From the NCBI GenBank assembly GCA_038999215.1, contig JAWABM010000009.1, positions 609-28,297 on the forward strand: DNA of 27,689 nucleotides. The letters run 5' to 3'. Under the pieces are notes generated by a model that worked only from the letters and a program-made list of their open reading frames with translations, did not search any database and had not been told where the DNA came from. Positions 24,599 through 27,689 of this stretch are shown in pieces; position 1 is the first letter of the stretch; every line of letters starts with the position of its first letter. This stretch comes from Candidatus Aenigmatarchaeota archaeon (GTDB taxonomy: Archaea > Aenigmatarchaeota > Aenigmatarchaeia > Aenigmatarchaeales > JACQIB01). Position numbers and translations under genes: made by a program.

Positions 24599-25062
24599 TA
24601 TTCACCATAAGGACGACTGTTGGCAGGGAGAACTCGGTGCTCGAGACCATTTCAAACAAGGCGAAAAACGTGGGCGCTAACGTCGCTTCAATGCTCCATC
24701 CTGAGGAGCTCAAGGGCTACATCTTCATAGAAGGCGACATAGACTCAATCGAGAAGGCCGTGGCAGGCGTCCCGCACATAAGGGGCATAATAAGGAAGGA
24801 AGTGAAGCTTGAAGAGCTGAAAAGGTTCCTCGAAGTCAAGAAGATGGAGATAAAGGTCAGCAAAGGGGACATAGTCGAGATAACCGGAGGGCCTTTCAAG
24901 AACGAGAGGGGCAAGATTGTCAGGGTGGACGAAGCAAAGGAGGAGGTCACAATAGAGCTGCTTGAGGCAGCCATACCAATCCCGATAACGGTCAACATGG
25001 AATCCATCAGGATTATAGAGTCGGCCGAAAAATCTGTGAAGCCAAAGGAGGAGGGCAAATGA
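24595..25062 (+). CDS. spt5: Transcription elongation factor Spt5 (NusG)
   Basis: Start at ATG 24595 (ATGA overlap). 'IRTTVGRE', 'LKGYIFIE', KOW 'GDIVEITGGPFKNERGKIVRVD'. Confidence 0.97.
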   Translation: MIFTIRTTVGRENSVLETISNKAKNVGANVASMLHPEELKGYIFIEGDIDSIEKAVAGVPHIRGIIRKEVKLEELKRFLEVKKMEIKVSKGDIVEITGGPFKNERGKIVRVDEAKEEVTIELLEAAIPIPITVNMESIRIIESAEKSVKPKEEGK

Positions 25063-25580
25063 TGGGAAAGCAATCGATAAAGGTTATGGTGGAGGGCGGC
25101 AAGGCCGTGCCAGGTCCGCCGTTGGGACCGGCGCTTGCAACTGCCAAAGTGAATGTCGGCAAAGTGGTCGCTGACATAAACGAAAAGACCAAAGAGTTCA
25201 AGGGAATCAAGGTTCCAGTCGAGGTCGTGGTCAACACCGATACGAAAGAATATGAGATAAGCGTCGGCAGCCCTCCGATATCGCAGATGATCAAGAAGGA
25301 GATAAAGGCCGAAAAACTCTCCTCGACGCCTTGGTCCAAGCCTGCTGCTAAGGAAGGCGAAGCCGCGCCAAAGGAGTTCAAGGAGAGCATAACCATGGAA
25401 GCCCTGATAAAGATTGCCATCTCAAAGAAGGACTCCATGAAGACGCCGGACCTGAAGGCGGCCGTGAAGGAGGCGCTAGGCAGCTGCCTCAGCTGCGGGG
25501 TCATGGTGGAAGGCAAGAACCCCAAGGAAATAATCAAGGAGATAAGCGAAGGCAAGTGGGATTCCAAAATCAGGGCATAG
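25059..25580 (+). CDS. rpl11: 50S ribosomal protein uL11
   Basis: 'VEGGKAVPGPPLGPAL', 'INEKTKEFKGIKVPVEV', 'AAVKEALGSCLSCGVMVEG'. Confidence 0.98.
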   Translation: MMGKQSIKVMVEGGKAVPGPPLGPALATAKVNVGKVVADINEKTKEFKGIKVPVEVVVNTDTKEYEISVGSPPISQMIKKEIKAEKLSSTPWSKPAAKEGEAAPKEFKESITMEALIKIAISKKDSMKTPDLKAAVKEALGSCLSCGVMVEGKNPKEIIKEISEGKWDSKIRA

Positions 25581-25649
25581 GAGCAACCTTTAAGAGCGTT
25601 TTTCCCGCCCAAAGCATGCTTAAATCTTTTTCTGCACAATACAATTGCT

Positions 25650-26177
25650 ATGAGTTTGGGGAAGCTGTTTTGGTTCACGGCAGCCAGCACAGCCATATTC
25701 CTGGCGATGTACGTGGCGGGCTTCGACCTGCTGAAGATAGTGCTTGCGCTTCTTGTGATAAACATGGTCGTCTTGAAGGCATCGCATGACGAGGCCTTCG
25801 AAAAGATAAACTTCAGCGGCTTCATCGCAGGCAAAATGGAGAAGGTCGAGGACGTGGTGTCGGACCTGACAAAATTCATGAGGGAAAAGGAAGGCTTCGT
25901 ATCAAAGGCCGGCGATGTCACATTGGGAGGAATAGAGGACGCGATGAAAAAACAGACCGAAAGCGTCAGGATGGAGATGAATGAGAAGCTGGACAAGATG
26001 GCTGAGAAAGCCATAGAGATAGAGAACAGGATGAGCGACCTGAAGAAGACGTTTTCAGCCGCAGTGGCGAGCCTGGACGACAGGCTCAACAGCGTCGAGA
26101 AACCCGAAGAAATAGAGGGCGTAGAGGAACCTGAAGGCGCGCCGGAGCTTCCGGCAGAAGGCGAGGAAGCCAACTGA
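25650..26177 (+). CDS. Hypothetical membrane-anchored coiled-coil protein
   Basis: Two N-terminal hydrophobic segments, a long E/K/M-rich helical region and an acidic Pro/Glu tail. Has its own TATA-like element and typical codon style. Confidence 0.8.
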   Translation: MSLGKLFWFTAASTAIFLAMYVAGFDLLKIVLALLVINMVVLKASHDEAFEKINFSGFIAGKMEKVEDVVSDLTKFMREKEGFVSKAGDVTLGGIEDAMKKQTESVRMEMNEKLDKMAEKAIEIENRMSDLKKTFSAAVASLDDRLNSVEKPEEIEGVEEPEGAPELPAEGEEAN

Positions 26178-26179
26178 TT

Positions 26180-26878
26180 CTAGAATAGCAGCATTATCAG
26201 CAACAGCAGAACGAACATATTTCCAAAGTCGGCCATCGAGGTGGTTACGGGTATGAGGAAATTGTCGGGGTCCTCGCCCTTTCTGTAGAAGTATCTCCCG
26301 AGCGTTATTGACACCATGAAAGCGGACGAAACGAACAACGCGATATCCGCTAAGGTTATGACCATAACTTTAAGGGCAAGCATGGCCGTGACGCCATATC
26401 CTGAGAGCATAGAAACAACCAACGCAACAGCAACGCTTATTGCGCCAAGACATATGGCCACGACAAATATCTGAATCAGCAGCTTCCTCAGCTCGGCGTT
26501 CCCCCAGGTGTTGCCACTTATCTTCCCCTCGTGGAGCATGGTGGAGTATCTTGAGGATATTATAGTACCGTAGTCGCCCAGCATGTCATTCAGGGCTGGC
26601 AGGAGCACGACCAACGGCATAAGCGAAAGGAAAAGCGGCCTTATCTGTTCAAGCGCAAGGCCACCGAAAGAGCTCAGCACCGAGGCCAGCAAAAGCACCT
26701 TTATGCTCTCCTTCACTATTGTGCCGAAAACGTTTGAATGCGGCCCGTACTCCTTCACATAGAAGAGGGTCTTTTTGGATATCCTGTGCTCCCTATGTAT
26801 TTTGTGGGTGAGAGGGTGATATTTCCTCCTTTCCTTCTTTCTCAAAACCTCCAGTTTCCTCAAAAGACGTTGCTTCAT
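26180..26878 (-). CDS. MgtE/SLC41 integral-membrane domain protein (half 2)
   Basis: 'LLPALNDMLGDYG' (Px6GN-like) and 'DPDNFLIPVTTSMAD' (PDx4Px6D). About five TMs and a basic N-terminal extension. Confidence 0.88.
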   Translation of the reverse strand: MKQRLLRKLEVLRKKERRKYHPLTHKIHREHRISKKTLFYVKEYGPHSNVFGTIVKESIKVLLLASVLSSFGGLALEQIRPLFLSLMPLVVLLPALNDMLGDYGTIISSRYSTMLHEGKISGNTWGNAELRKLLIQIFVVAICLGAISVAVALVVSMLSGYGVTAMLALKVMVITLADIALFVSSAFMVSITLGRYFYRKGEDPDNFLIPVTTSMADFGNMFVLLLLIMLLF

Positions 26879-27417
26879 ATCAACACCAAAGCAACCAGCA
26901 GCGACACAACGCTTGTTATATCGCCTGTCGTGGTTATGAACGGGCCCATTATGTTGTCAGGATCATGGCCCTTCCTGAAAAGGTAAAACGTCGCAAAAAG
27001 CGCCAGCGGGATCTCGACCGCATTTGCTATCAGGCCGGCAAGAAGCGGCACTATAATTATCTCGGGGTTCAGGACGCCGAGGACGAGCAGATTGAAGGAG
27101 GCAGCCAACAGGCCCAGCATCAGGGAAACGAACACGGCGAGGAAAAAGGACGCAAGTATGTTCGACCTTACTATCCTAGTGCGGAACCTGTTGCATTTGA
27201 TGACCCCAAGGAAAAGCCCAGAGGTCATCCTCGCGGAAAGCGTGCCGCTTATGTTCCCCCTCATCTCCAGGAAACCGGGCAGGAGAATGAGCATACCTGG
27301 CAACATGAACATCCTGTCAGTGTAAACCGCCAAGACAGTGCCCGCCAAAAGCCCTCCCGTTATCGAGATGAACTGGGCTGAAAATATGTCCCTGAAGTTC
27401 TTGTCGAAAATCCCCAT
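26875..27417 (-). CDS. MgtE/SLC41 integral-membrane domain protein (half 1)
   Basis: 'LLPGFLEMRGNISGTLSAR' (Px6GN) and 'DPDNIMGPFITTTGD'. About five TMs. Confidence 0.9.
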   Translation of the reverse strand: MGIFDKNFRDIFSAQFISITGGLLAGTVLAVYTDRMFMLPGMLILLPGFLEMRGNISGTLSARMTSGLFLGVIKCNRFRTRIVRSNILASFFLAVFVSLMLGLLAASFNLLVLGVLNPEIIIVPLLAGLIANAVEIPLALFATFYLFRKGHDPDNIMGPFITTTGDITSVVSLLVALVLI

Positions 27418-27440
27418 AAATATATCATCGCGTCTGCCGA

Positions 27441-27457
27441 TTATAAATCTTTAAATA
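27441..27457. promoter_or_regulatory. Back-to-back TATA boxes for the MgtE operon (-) and rpl1 (+)
   Basis: TTTATAA on the minus strand (27441-27447), about 24 nt before ATG 27417. TTTAAATA on the plus strand (27450-27457). Confidence 0.55.
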
Positions 27458-27514
27458 CCTTTCCCGGATAATAATATTCACTGCTTCGGCAGTAGCATTG
27501 TGCGCGTGTTGATT

Positions 27515-27689
27515 ATGGAAAAGACGGAATTCGTTGAAGCGATAAAAAAGGCCAGAGAAGGGGGCAAGGAAAGGAAGTTCAAGCAGTGCTTCGATTTGGC
27601 GATAAATTTCAGGAATCTTGACACGAAGAAGCCCGAAAACAAGATAAAGGCGGAGGTGTTGCTGCCGAAAGGCCTTGGGAAGGAATCTA
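27515..27689 (+). CDS. rpl1: 50S ribosomal protein uL1, 5' part (runs off the window)
   Basis: Manual translation MEKTEFVEAIKKAREGGKERKFKQCFDLAINFRNLDTKKPENKIKAEVLLPKGLGKES matches the archaeal uL1 N-terminus (RKF.QS.DL.IN...D.KKPENRI..EV.LP.G.GK). Confidence 0.95.
   Translation, partial: MEKTEFVEAIKKAREGGKERKFKQCFDLAINFRNLDTKKPENKIKAEVLLPKGLGKES

Noticed and set aside
25013..26173. 386-aa minus-strand ORF
   Set aside because: Antisense to rpl11 and the coiled-coil gene. Its Ser/Phe-rich composition mirrors the Glu/Lys codons of the sense strand.
1..27689. CRISPR array, rRNA, transposase or tandem repeat arrays
   Set aside because: None seen. Intergenic gaps are all short (about 110 bp or less) and contain no regularly spaced repeats.

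Overview
Gene-dense core-genome window from an archaeon. Archaeal-type Rio1, Dim2, topoisomerase VI, EndA, Spt5, SecE and aminoacyl-tRNA synthetases, TATA-box promoters, many apparently leaderless or overlapping genes and compact proteins suggest a DPANN-type lineage (inference only). In order: the 5' end of a Cas4-like nuclease; a COG1361 surface protein plus MacB/LolD-type ABC operon; rio1-dim2-top6B-top6A; a P-loop-less cytidylate-kinase-like ORF; tRNA-Phe(GAA); archaemetzincin; two tandem tRNA-splicing endonuclease paralogues; a 4xCBS + HPF-like putative ribosome hibernation factor followed by an unlisted 43-aa zinc-finger ORF; rhomboid; glyS, trpS, pheS, pheT; minD; a HAD 5'(3')-nucleotidase; intron-containing tRNA-Arg(TCT); leuS; a TrmB regulator; FKBP PPIase; ftsZ-secE-spt5-rpl11; a three-gene interruption (membrane coiled-coil ORF plus two MgtE half genes); and the start of rpl1. 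No CRISPR array, rRNA or mobile element was seen. The most interesting candidate is the splicing endonuclease pair. It looks like a lineage-specific duplication into a catalytic and a structural subunit. Both copies have Ala where the catalytic Lys should be, and the catalytic copy has a lysine-rich loop insertion. A tRNA intron with an imperfect bulge-helix-bulge in the same window is a plausible substrate. All calls come from motif recognition by eye; no database searches were run.
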